This document shows positions 52,325 through 64,000 of a DNA stretch of 64,000 nt, one piece after another. Origin of the DNA: Mobula birostris (Eukaryota). Positions within the stretch are counted from its first letter, which is position 1; each line of letters begins with the position of its first letter. The DNA is taken from assembly GCF_030028105.1 (NCBI RefSeq), contig NC_092394.1, positions 4,707,890-4,771,889 of the forward strand, given 5' to 3'. The notes beneath the pieces were generated by a model. It made no database searches. It saw only the letters and a program-made list of their open reading frames with translations, and had not been told where the DNA came from. Both the position numbers and the translations under genes were made by a program.

Positions 52325-52790
52325 AGAATTCACTAAAACTGGCACCGTGGGCCTGCCTGAAGCTCAGACGAGCCACCCGGCTCGGGTCCTGTGTTCCAGG
52401 GGTGGAGGTACAGCTGGCTCGCCCGGAGGCTGACACACTTACAGTCAGGTTGTGACGCCAGGGGCATGGCAGTGGAATACGCCAAATCTTGGTGGGCCGG
52501 TTTAAGACAATCTACTGAAACACGTTCAGGTTTACCCTTCTTATCTTTGATAAAAGTCTTTTCACCCCTTTCCGAAACACAGATCGGGCCATTATAAAGG
52601 GGCCTAAGAGAATGTTGGTGTGCATCATGGTGGGTGAAAACAAACAAGGCTGAATATAGGTCAACAGGAACCATAAGATGTTGTATGCCACGTTGGGAGG
52701 TAGGAACAGGTGAAAAGGATCTGAATTTACCGAGGAGAGTGGGATGCTTTTGAGAGGCCGAGCAGGCAGTCATGGCATCAGGAATAAAAT
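52325..52790 (-). mobile_element. Gypsy integrase C-terminal (GPY/F) fragment
   Basis: FVFTHHDAHQHSLRPLYNGPICVSERGEKTF...VSVDCLKPAH. Confidence 0.8.
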
Positions 52791-52829
52791 ATGTTCATTT
52801 CTCCCAATTACGTTACCCTACACTATTAC

Positions 52830-53610
52830 ATAGTCATAGTCATACTTTATTGATCCCGGGGGAAATTGGTTTTCGTTACAGTTGCACCATAAATAATAAA
52901 TAGTAATAGAACCATAAATAGTTAAATAGTAATACGTAAATTATGCCAGTAAATCATGAAATAAGTCCAGGACCAGCCTATTGGCTCAGGGTGTCTGACC
53001 CTCCAAGGGGAGAGTTGTAAAGTTTGATGGCCACAGGCAGGAATGACTTCCTATGACGCTCTGTGTTGCATCTCGGTGGAATGAGTCTCTGGCTGAATGT
53101 ACTCCTGTGCCCACCCAGTACATTATGTAGTGGATGGGAGACATTGACCAAGATGGCATGCAACTTGGACAGCATCCTCTTTTCAGACACCACTGTCAGA
53201 GAGTCCAGTTCCATCCCCACAACATCACTAGCCTTACGAATGAGTTTGTTGATTCTGTTGGTGTCTGCTACCCTCAGCCTGCTGCCCCAGCACACAACAG
53301 CAAACATGATCACACTGGCCACCACAGACTCGTAAAACATCCTCAGCATTGTCCGGCAGATGTTAAAGGACCTCAGTCTCCTCAGGAAATAGAGGCGGCT
53401 CTGACCCTTCTTGTAGACAGCCTCAGTGTTCTTTGACCAGTCCAGTTTATTGTCAATTCATATCCCCAGGTATTTGTAATCCTCCACCATGTCCACACTG
53501 ACCCCCTGGATGGAAACAGGGGTCACTGGTACCTTAGCTCTCCTTGGGTCTACCACCAGCTCCTTAGTCTTTTTCATATTAAGCTGCAGATAATTCTGCT
53601 CACACCGTGT
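52830..53610 (-). mobile_element. Non-LTR (Rex1/L2-group) 3' fragment, relatively intact
   Basis: MLRMFYESVVASVIMFAVVCWG...HPLH...TERHRKSFLPVAIKLYN, with a (catagt)n tail on the plus strand. Confidence 0.85.
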
Positions 53611-54660
53611 GACACATTCTGCTCACACCGTATAACACCAGTGACACCGGTTCAATCCTGCTGCTGGTCTGTAAGGAGTTTGTATATTCTCCCCTTGACT
53701 CTGTGGGTTTCCTCTGGGAGCTCAGGTTTCCCCCCACTGTCCCAAGATGTACAAGTGTGGGGGTTAATTGGTCACGTGGGTGTAATTGGGCTCACTGGGC
53801 CAGAAGGGCCTGTTACAGTGCGGTACAGTATCTCTAAAATAGAGAATTACTAGGAAACTGCCAGGATCACTGAACTATAAACTGCAGAAGATTGGACAAA
53901 CATGAGTTGTCCTCCCTAGAGTGTCGGAGCTGGGGAGATCTGACAGAGGTTTTTAACATTACGGGAGGATAAGAGTCAGAATGTTTTCCCAGGGCAAAAT
54001 GTCAATCACCAGAGATCATGCTTTTAAGGTTGGAGGGGTAGAAGTTTAAAGGTGGTTGGGGGAGGGGCAAGTTTTTTGTTAAATGCAGAGACTGGTAGGT
54101 ACCTGGAATGGGTTACCAGGGTCAGTAGTGGAAGCAGGCAATTTCAGGGATTTTTAGAGGCTTTTAGGCAGACGCATGAATGTGTTTCTAAATAAAATTG
54201 CCCTTCTAGAAAGTGCTATAGGGCTACTTGAACAAAACCTTCACACCATCTTAAAAGTTTCTTTTCCAAAGCAGTTAATCTGATCAACCATTCTAGTTAG
54301 CCTCTCCCCACCCCCCTCTATCTATTATCCCCATCACTGAACTACACTGTAAACACATTAAACCATTTTTTATACTGCTGTTTACATTGTAAATACGTGC
54401 TGGTATGTAGGTATTTATGCACATTTCATTCCATATCCATACTTCTAATGCTATAGAACATAGAACACTACACAATGTTATGCTGAACCAAATAAATTAG
54501 TAACCAAATGGGCAACCAAACTAATCCTTTCTGCCTACACATTGTCCATATCCTTCCATTTTCCTCACATTGCTGTGTCAATCTAGTTTGCCGAATCCCC
54601 CAGGAGATTGCAAAAGTGCCAGAACATTTAGTCAGTTAAAAAGAACATCATTAAAGGGGA

Positions 54661-54796
54661 ACGCAAACACGAGGAATTCTGCAGATGCTGGAAATTCAAG
54701 CAACACACATCAAAGTTGCTGGTGAACGCAGCAGGCCAGGCAGCATCTCTAGGAAGAGGTACAGTCGACGTTTCAGGCCGAGACCCTTCGTCAGGG
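54661..54796 (-). mobile_element. Penelope pLTR tail with intact hammerhead core
   Basis: Minus strand: ccc-CTGACGA-agggtctcggcct-GAAAC-GTC-gact. The 5' strand of stem I is truncated. Confidence 0.7.
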
Positions 54797-57700
54797 GAAA
54801 TTACAGGCTACGGACTATAGCGATCGTGGTTTAGAAAAGTAAGTATATGGAGTGTCTACCAGTTTTATGAGCTGTCTACAAAACATTGCCATTGGTCACC
54901 ATCAGCAGCTTGGTTGGTATCAGGCATTTCAACCTTTCAAAAAAGGTACTGTCTGTCTGCTCGATCTGTGCCTCTCTTAATCTTATAAACCTCAATCAGA
55001 TCTCCCCTCAGCCTTCGCCACTCCAAAGAAAACAACCCAAGTTTGTCCAACCTCGCGTTATAGCACATAGCCTCTATTCCAGGCGGCATCCTGATAAACC
55101 TCTTCTGCACCCTCTCCAAAGCCTCAACATCCTTCCTATAATGGGTCATTTATATACATCACAAACAGCAGAGGTCCCAATACAGATCCCTGTGGAACTC
55201 TACTGATCATAGCCCTCCAGCTAGAATAAGTCCTTTGAACCACTACCCTCTGTCACCTATGGACAAGCCATTTCTGAACCCAAATGGCCAATTCACTGCA
55301 GAGCCCTTGTGGATGAGCCTCCCATGAAAGACATACAGAAGATTAACAGTTATATAATTATTTTTATGTCATTCTTTATAATTGTTCAATGTTATTTTTT
55401 GTTGCGTGTCACACCAACACACCACATTAAATTCTTAATACATGTAAATGTATATGGCAAATAAATTTGATCTTAGTCTTTAAAATGAAGGGGATGGGGG
55501 ACATTCAGTATAAATTAGCATCAAGACCAGTATAACATTGTGGGGTGAATGGCCTGTCTGATGTGTTATGACAGAACTCAGTATAAGGTTGTGGGAAGTT
55601 CCTGAGTTACCCCCACTTGGCTAATGTCACAGTGCTGCCACTCTCCAGCTCACCTCACCCACATCATGAGGAACCAGTTGGTCTCCAGATCCTCTTTTGG
55701 TTTCTGGGAAGTAAGACCAGGGCACAGAGTGTCCCCTGAACACCATTGCCCTGCATCGAGATTCCACTGGAAGCCCCCTCCCCATGCTCCTGGAGACCAC
55801 TTCCCCTCCCTCGCTCGTTCTCCTGGAGACCACTTCCCCTCCCTCCCTCGTTATCCCTCCATCAGCTTTCTGCTGCAGCCAGGAGCCTGTCTGCTACGTG
55901 TCTGGACTCTGCCCTCACTGAGTGGTGGTCAGAAACGTAATTAGCTTCCTGCCTCTTGGTTCTGCGTGGTTGTTGTTTCATTCTGAGCGAACCACTTCCA
56001 GTTGCAACAGTGTGTGATCGGGCAACTAGAATGAAGGGTGAAGGTCCTATCTGCCCATCAGGACGCAGCTTGTCTGAGTTGAAGCCTCCTCCCTCCACCC
56101 TTCAGAGCCCACTTCACCTGCAAGGATACCAACAGGATTGACGCACTGTTCTGAAAAAGGCCCATCTGTGCTGTTCTGGGGTTTTAGCTCCTTACTAACC
56201 TCTAAATTTTCCAATCCCTGTCACCTTTCATCCAGCTGACCCCTGCCCCTTTGGACACTCTCCTGCCAAAAGCGACATTCCTACGTCCCAATCGGATTTA
56301 TTCCTGGCTGTCATTACGGTCACATGTACCGAGATACAGCAAGAAGATGCCATCAGACAGATCATTCCATACGTTATGTACATTGAGGTAGCAAAATGAA
56401 AACAGAATGCAGAATAAAGTGTTACAGTTACAGAGAGAGTGCAGTGCAGAATAGGGACATAACGAGGCAGATTGTGAGGTCAAGGGTCCATCGTATCGTA
56501 CTAAAGAGCCGTTCATTAGTTTCATAACTATCCTTGAGTCTGATGGTACAAAAGGGTAAGTGTAGACAGAGGCGGTGGAGGAGAGGCTGGTTTGTGTGAT
56601 AGATTGGACTGTGTTCACAACTCTCTGCAGTTTCCCATGGACTTGGTCCTATTGTTTTGTCCCTCCCACAGCGAAAACACATCCACAACACCCGGGCAGT
56701 CAAAACCGCACGCTGTCCTGCGAACGCCTCCTTCCCCTTCACCTCAGCCTGCAATGCAGGGAAGGAGACCCAGCCTAGGTCATAAACTTGCAAAGACAAC
56801 TCAGTGCATGACAGAAACCAGCCTCCTCTCCATGGACTCTGTCTGTACTCTGCCTCAGTAAAGCAGCCAGCATAACCAGAGGCCCAACACAATCTATCTC
56901 ATTATGACCTTATTGTCTGCCTGCACTGCTGTCTCTCTCTCTGTAACTGTAACACTCTATTCTGCTTTCTGTTATTATCTTACCTTGTTCTACCTCAATG
57001 CACTGTGCAACCATCACATCCTTATGGTCAGTATCCAGGACAAGGACACTGAACCTCAGTATATGTGACAACAATAAGCCATTTTACCTATTATGAGACA
57101 GATTCTGCAGCACCACCAGGGTAGGAGAGGAAGAGGAAGTTTACATCAGGTGACCCCTGAACGCGGGAGAAGCCAGATCCCTGAGCTTCTTGCCTTTGAC
57201 CCCTTACTCTTCCCATGCCCTCCCTCCTGAAGACATCACTGTTTAGGCTTCCACCCAGAGGTCAACCTACAGAGATGTCTGAGAATGGAGAAGTGGGCAC
57301 AAGTACAGCAACTGGTGGTTCAGACCACATCTCCACAGCATGATGGGACAGAACATCCTCCCCCCACCCACTACCACCATCTTGCAGTCGTAACTGAACT
57401 TCTAAATACTGCATCCGTGGATATGCCGGGCTGCCCCAGGTTTGGGTGGGTCCGTGCAAACAGGAGGCACGAGGGCCGGTCAGCTGGCATGCCCAGAGGT
57501 CTCATCATCAACTAGTCTGGAGGTCGATACTGAAGATCAAGCTGGTTGATGACTGGAAATCTGGAAACCCAATGACCAAAGCCTGAAGAACTGTCTTGGA
57601 GTCGGAGGACAGTTCATGTGTGTGTGTGGGTGGGTGGGTGGGAGGGAGGAAAGGGGCTTGTTTTGTTGTTGTTGTTTTGTTGCTTGTTGTGTTCTGCCGA

Positions 57701-57971
57701 GCATTGTGGGTATGCTATATTGATGCCAGAACATATGGTAACATGTGCAGATTGTCCCTAGCACATCCTTAGGTTGTGTTGGTTGTTAAAACAAACGATG
57801 CATTTCACTGTATGTTCCCAAACACGTGGGATAAATAAATCTGAATCAAAATCTGAGCAACAACGTTGGAAATCTGAAGTGAAAACTGAAATAGTCAACA
57901 GGTCAGGCAGCATCTGTGGAGAGAGAAATAGAGTGACCATTTCAAGTGGATGAATTCTCATCAGAACATGG

Positions 57972-58103
57972 AGAAGTTAGAGATAGAGAGAGAGGTTTGA
58001 AGTTGCAGAGGGAAGTTTGAAGTTAGAGATAGAGAGGGGAGTTTGAAGTTGCACGTGGAAGTTTGAAGTTAGAGATAGAGAGGGGAGTTTGAAGTTGCAG
58101 AGG
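57972..58103. repeat. ~44-bp tandem repeat, 3 copies
   Basis: Unit gaagttagagatagagagggg(a)gtttgaagttgca... Confidence 0.8.
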
Positions 58104-58489
58104 AAGCAGGAAGGTCTGTGACTGGAAAAGGGGTGGGGTGACTGAATGAGAGGAGGGTGGAGAAGATATTAAGGGACAATAGTGAAATTAGAACTTACCA
58201 GAAAGAGGACAAACTTTAAATTATGGAATATGGGATACAGGCCCAGAGCCATCAAATGTTTCTGTTTCCCATGTTCTTTCAGTGGCATGGGGGTTAGTGA
58301 TCAGGGGCTTAGGGAGAGATGGTGCCTAGAGAGAGAACCAGAGACAATGGAAGAGAAAGTTGTGTTGATGTGATCAGGGATGAACCAGAGAGGATGGTGA
58401 TGGTTGTGCTTTCAGTTCAGGGATGACTTATGAAGACGTTCTCCTAACTGCTGCCTGATGCTGGGATATGTCACCCTGTGTGCCTTCAG

Positions 58490-58642
58490 ACCCAGAGACG
58501 GGGAAGACTGCGTTGCTGAAGGCTCTGCTGAATTTGAGTAACAACCGGAATGACACCATCCCCATACTACTGGAAATTGCAGAGAAGACAGACAACCTGG
58601 AGGAACTCATCAATGCTGCCTACATGGACAGCTACTACAAGG
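58490..58642 (+). CDS. TRPV1: TRPV1 coding exon 3 (ankyrin repeats)
   Basis: ttcag|[52 protein letters not shown]|gtacgg; 153 nt, phase 1/1. Confidence 0.95.
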
Positions 58643-58674
58643 GTACGGAGAGACAGTGGGAACACAGGAGATAT

Positions 58675-59141
58675 AGGGGAGGTAGGATGGGGGGGGGCTG
58701 AGTGGAATGGGATGGTGTAGGCTGGGAGGGAAGTGGGGTGCAATGGGATTTTGGGAAGTGGATTGGGATGATGTAGGGTGAGAGAGAAGTAGAGAGCAGT
58801 GGGATTTTGGAGAGTGGATTGGGATGCTGTTGTGGGATGTAATGGAGTGGGAGTGGGGTTGATGGGGTGAGGTTGGTGGAGATGGTAGGGAAATATAGGG
58901 TGGGGTAATGGGGAGATAGGGGAGGGATAGGGTGGATAATGGAGAGGGTTGGGGTGGAGAGAAGATATAGTGTGAAGTAATGGAGGAGGGTTGTGGTGGA
59001 GGGGAAGTTTGGGGTGGTGAGGATGGATAGGGTGGGGTAATGGGAATGGGGTGGTGAGGATGGTTGGGGTGGGGTAATGTTGGAGGGTTGGGGGTCATGG
59101 GAGAGAGTTGGATTAGTGAGGAGGGATAGATTGGGGTAATG
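58675..59141 (+). repeat. G-rich low-complexity tract (resumes at 60241-60420)
   Basis: Dense GGG/GGGG runs. Confidence 0.8.
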
Positions 59142-60240
59142 TCATGGTTAGAGCTGACCAATGTTGGTAGGAGACATAGTGTGCGAATAAAAGGATCTTT
59201 TTCTGATCGGCTGCCAGTGACTGGTGGTGTTCCGCAGGGGTCGGAGTTGGGACTGCTTCTTTTTATGCTGTATATCAATGATTTAGATGATGGAATAGAT
59301 TACTTTGTTACCAAGTTTACAGATGAGATTAAGATTGATGGAGGGGCAGGTAGTGTTGAGGAAACAGGAAGGCTGCAGAAGGACTTAGACAGATTAGGAG
59401 ATTGGGAAGAGACTGGGTAAGTGAAAAACAATGTTGGAAAATTATTGGTTATACACTTTGTTAGTAGAAATAAATGTGCAGACTATTTTCTAAATGAGGA
59501 GAAAATGCAAAAATCAGAGATGCAAAGGGATTTGGGAGTCCTTGTGCAGAACACCCTAAAGGTTAACTTGCAGGTTGAGTCGGTGGTGAGGAAGGCAAAT
59601 GCAATGTTAGCATTCATTTCAAGAGGTCTGGAATATAACAGCAGGGATGTGATGCTGAGGCTTTATAAGACAGCGGTGAGACCTCACCTTGAGTATTGTG
59701 AACAGTTTTGGGCTCCTCATCTAAAAAAAGATATGCTGGCATTGGAGAGATTTCAGAGTAGGTTCACAAGGACGATTTTAGGAATGAAATGGCTAACACT
59801 CAAGAAACATTTGATGGCTCTGGGCCTGTACTCGCTGGAATTTAGAAGGATGAGGAGGGACGTAAGTGAAACCTTTCAAATGTTGAGATGCCTAGACAGA
59901 GTAGATATGGAAAGGGTGTTTCCCATGGTGAGGGAGTCTAGGACAAGAGGGCACAGCCTCAGGATAGAGGGGCGTCCATTTAAAACACAGATGAGGAGAA
60001 ATTTCTTTAGCCAAAGGGTGGTGAATTTGTGGAATTTATTACCACATGCAGCTGTGGAGGCCAGGTTGTTGGGTGTATTTAAGGCTGAGATTGATAGGTT
60101 CTTGATTGGACATGGCATCAAAGGCTATGGGGAGAAGGATGAGAGTGGGGCTGTGGAGGGGAGAAGGATCAGCCATGATTGAATGGCAGAGCAGGCTCAA
60201 TGGGCCAAATGGCCTTATTCTGCTCCTATGTCTTATGGTC
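59142..60240 (+). mobile_element. CR1 LINE 3' ~1.1 kb
   Basis: GGVPQGSELG, KFTDE, RDLGVLV, VRPHLEYCEQFWAP, RTRGHSLRI, RRNFFSQRVVNLWN, with a 3' tail ending cttatggtc. Confidence 0.92.
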
Positions 60241-60590
60241 TAATGGGGAAGAGTTGGGGTGGTGAGGAGGGATAGGTGGGGTAATGGGGGAGGATTGGGG
60301 TGGTGAGGAGGGATAGGGTGGAGGAGGAGAGGTGGAATGGGGTGTGGATGGTGGGGAGGGCTGTGGTAGTGTTGCTGAGCAGGGGTGGGGGTGAGTGGGT
60401 CAGAATGGGGAGGTGACCACTCTGTGTACAAGGGATGTTTCTCTGTGTCATGAGAGTGGGGATATCATTTTACAGACTAGCCGGAGGAGGGGAGTTGTGT
60501 GCCCTCGCCGCAACCCCTGCCACTCCTGGCTGTCCGTCTTGCTGTCACCCAGCTTGGCCGTGGACTGACCCTGTCTCGACTCCGCACCAG

Positions 60591-60731
60591 GTCAGACAGC
60601 CCTACACATCGCCATCGAGCGGCGCTGCCTGCACTTCGTGGCACTCTTGATCCGGAACGGAGCCGATGTCCACGCCAAGGCCAGCGGCTTGTTCTTCAAG
60701 GCCAAGGAGGGCCAGACCGGATTCTACTTTG
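60591..60731 (+). CDS. TRPV1: TRPV1 coding exon 4; the gene continues beyond the window
   Basis: accag|[48 protein letters not shown]|gtatgg; 141 nt, phase 1/1. The TRPV1 assignment is supported by its position directly downstream of SHPK. Confidence 0.93.
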
Positions 60732-60939
60732 GTATGGAGAGCTGGGTATGCGCTGGGTGGGGAACTGTGGGAGGGGGAGAAGGAAAAGTGGGAGACAGAG
60801 AGGGAGCTGGCAAACATGGATGGCGAAGAGATGGGATTGGGAGTGGAGTACAGCACAGAGAACTGATACAGACGCACACTCACATACACATGCCGTCATG
60901 GCTATCCCTCGAGGTCGAGAACTGATACAGTCACACACA

Positions 60940-60978
<39 letters not shown>

Positions 60979-62709
60979 AAGGACATTCTCCCTCCTCCTA
61001 TCAGGTAGATGATAGAAAACTCTTGCTGTTTATTTGCTACCTGCAATGCACTTTCTCTATAACTAGTTTTATTTGTCACATGCACGTTGAAACATACAGT
61101 GAATGTGTCGTTTTAGGTCAACAACCAACACCGCTGAGGATGTGCTGGGGCAGTCCGCAAGTGTCACCATGTTTCCTGTGCCAACATTGCATTCCCACAA
61201 CTGACTAACCCTAACCTGTACATGTTTGGAATATGGGAGAAAACCAGAGCACCCACAGAAAACCTACACGGTCATGGGGAGAACATGCAAACTCCTTAAA
61301 GACAGCAGTGGGAATTTAATCCCAATCCTCAGCACTGTAAAGCCTTGTGCTAGCCACCACACTAATTTTTGAGCACAGGCTGAACAGACTCTCGTGCTTC
61401 GATGAAGAGCATACGAGCAGAGGAGTGTTTTGAGGTCAGTCGTTCCTCTATGGGGTGAGGAGGGGTAGGATTACAAAACAAAGGGTGTGAAAACTGAGAC
61501 ACAAGCAACAGCAGCTTAAAAAAAAATCAGCTGGAGGAGCTCAGTGGGTCAGACAGCATCTGTGGTGGGAAATGGACAGTCAACGTTTAAGGTGGAGACC
61601 CTTCATCCACCAATTTGAGTGAGAATCAGCCCTAAATAGATGGTCAAATAGAACAGAGAATGGTACAGCACAACACAGACCCTTTGACCCACAATGTTGG
61701 GCCCACATTTTAACCTACATCACTATCAATCTGATCCTTGCCTGCTACACAACTCATAACCCTCCATTTTACTTACGTGTGTGTGCCTAAGAGTTTTTTA
61801 AATAAGACCATAAGACACAGGAGCAGAATTAAGCCATTTGGCCCATTGAGTCTGTTCTACCATTCCATCAGGACTGATTTATTCTCCCTCTCCACCTCAT
61901 TCTTCTGCCTTCTCCCCATAACCTTTGGCACCCTGACTAATCAAGAACCTATCAACCTCTATTTTAAATATACACAGTGACTTGGCCTCCACAGCCATCT
62001 GTGGCAATTAATTGTCCATGCTGTATCAGCCCTTACCACCACCTCTGTCAGCGTATCCAGACACCTTCCACTCTATCTATAATTCCTATCATGGGTATCT
62101 CCCCTAAATTTCCCTCCACTCACTTTAACCAGATGCCCTCCAGAATTAGTTATTGCCACTCTGGGGAAAAGTGGCCATCTTCTCTATCTGTACTTCTTAT
62201 CATCTCATACACCTCTATCAAGTCGCCTCTCACCCTCCATCGCTCCAAAGAAAGAGTGCTAGCTCACTTAATCCTGTGCTGATAAACGGTCTTTAATCCA
62301 AAAATCATTCTACAAATAGATGGGTCTCTGTTGGGCTGTGAGTCAAGGTTCACAGAACCAGGGCTGTAATTGTGTGACACAGTAACGTAGCAGCGAGCGC
62401 ACCGTTATTACAGTGTCATACCCCTGGCTTCAATACCATACACTGTCCGTCAATCTCCCCACGACCGCATGCGTTTCCTCTGGGTGCTCTGCTTTCACCT
62501 TCCAAAGACATATAGGCTCGGGTTAGTGAGTTCTTGGCACCTGAAGCATGGTAACACCTGCAGGCTGCCCCCAGCCAATCCTCAGACTGCTGGCCATTGG
62601 CACCAAGAGCAGATTTTGATGTACATGTCTTAATCTTTTTTGTCTTTATGAGGGTCTGTGGCCACTGAGCAGCATCTTTTTTTTGTGGCAGTTTAACAGA
62701 TGCCAGCAC

Positions 62710-63138
62710 ATATAGCATGAGCTTAGCACACAACATCATTAGCCGGAGTATATAGCGTGAGCTTAGCACACAACATCATTAGCCGGAGTATATAGCGTGA
62801 GCTTAGCACACAACATCATTAGCCGGAGTATATAGCATGAGCTTAGCACACAACATCATTAGCCGGAGTATATAGCGTGAGCTTAGCACACAACATCATT
62901 AGCCGGAGTATATAGCGTGAGCTTAGCACACATCATCATTAGCCGGAGTATATAGCGTGAGCTTAGCACACAACATCATTAGCCAGAGTATATAGCGTGA
63001 GCTTAGCACACAACATCATTAGCCAGAGTATATAGCGTGAGCTTAGCACACAACATCATTAGCCGGAGTATATAGCGTGACCTTAGCACACAACATCATT
63101 AGCCGGAGTATATAGCGTGAGCTTAGCACACATCATTA
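62710..63138. repeat. 40-bp minisatellite, about 10.7 near-identical copies
   Basis: Unit gcttagcacacaacatcattagccggagtatatagcgtga, starting at 62721 and every 40 bp. Confidence 0.97.
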
Positions 63139-64000
63139 CTCAGAGTCTTGTGATGTGTGGTGAGCCTTTGGCCTGAATGCAGTCTGTTTTCACTAAGTTA
63201 TTTGGGTTACACGCTCTGTGGGAACCTACACAGTTTCCCACTGAGGTTGCCCACACTATGCTGCCTCAGGCTGGTGTATCATTCTCTGCTGGGGTGATGT
63301 TTAGTGTAGATCTTGTACTCAGAGGGGCCTCTGAGGGGAAATTGGAAGTTTCTCCCAGGTGGAGGTTGGGTACTGACCTTCCATCTGGATGGGACTGTAG
63401 CTGCTAACCTGTGATGATGTTCTTCAAGATTTTCAAAGGTTGAGTTTACTGTTAGGTGCATACATCCATGTGTGTACAGAAGCAATGAAAATCCTTACTC
63501 ACAGCAGTGTCACGGGCACATAGCCCTGGAGGCACAACACTCAGAAGAAAAACATAAACTGTGCAAAATTATACAAGAAAGAACACAATAAGAACAAGAA
63601 CGTCCATTGTAGTGCAAAGTGATTCAAACGTTGCGACACTGAGGTAGTGATTAAGGTTGTGCATGTTGGGTCTCCTTTCCCTGCTGCTTCTGGGGTCTCT
63701 CAGCCAACCCTAGACACAAAAGTATGAAGTGATCCACTATGAAAGGTCAAACTTGAAGAGAGAGTACAGGGTTCATGGCAGGATTCTTAGCAGCGTGGAG
63801 GTACAGAGGGCTTCACATCCATAGATCCCTCAAAGTTTCCACACAAGCTGACAAGGTGGTTGAGGAGGCGTTCGCTGTGTTGGCCTTCATTAGTTGGGGG
63901 ATTGAGTTCAAGGGCAGCAAGGTAATGTTGCAGCTTTATAAAACCCCAATCAGACCACTCTTGGAATATTGTCTTCAGTTCTAGTCACCTCATTATAGGA

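Noticed and set aside
58610-59278. 222-aa Pro/His-rich minus-strand ORF
   Set aside because: Antisense of a G-rich low-complexity tract plus CR1.
59421-60182. 253-aa ORF as a host gene or active RT
   Set aside because: 5'-truncated CR1 ORF2 C-terminus; the upstream RT motif is degraded (FTDE) and interrupted by a stop.
62710-63138. CRISPR-like array (also 51250-51736)
   Set aside because: Head-to-tail repeats without unique spacers, vertebrate context, no cas genes.

Overview
Eukaryotic (vertebrate) genomic DNA, repeat-rich. The repeat content (V-SINE/HE1-like SINEs, CR1, Rex1, Penelope) suggests a cartilaginous fish, probably a ray; this is inference. Four genes were reconstructed by manual splice-phase analysis. 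(1) The last two coding exons of BLTP2/KIAA0100 (+, 2040-2843). (2) EMC6 (-, single coding exon 5818-6150). (3) A complete 7-coding-exon SHPK (+, 10023-25617, 467 aa), head-to-head with EMC6 across a GC-box-rich CpG island. (4) The first four coding exons of a TRPV1-type channel (+, 46334-60731, continues beyond the window). The rest is decayed transposable elements (Penelope with hammerhead-ribozyme motifs and fold-back structures, CR1, Rex1-like, R4/Dong, RTE-derived pieces, Gypsy fragments, TIR MITEs, V-SINEs) and several minisatellites. The most notable points: Penelope-borne minimal hammerhead ribozyme motifs in palindromic elements; EMC6-SHPK promoter sharing without the CTNS/TAX1BP3 genes that lie between them in mammals; and substitution of key mammalian regulatory residues (C157, S116) in the TRPV1 ankyrin domain. 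No wholly new biological system can be demonstrated from sequence alone.
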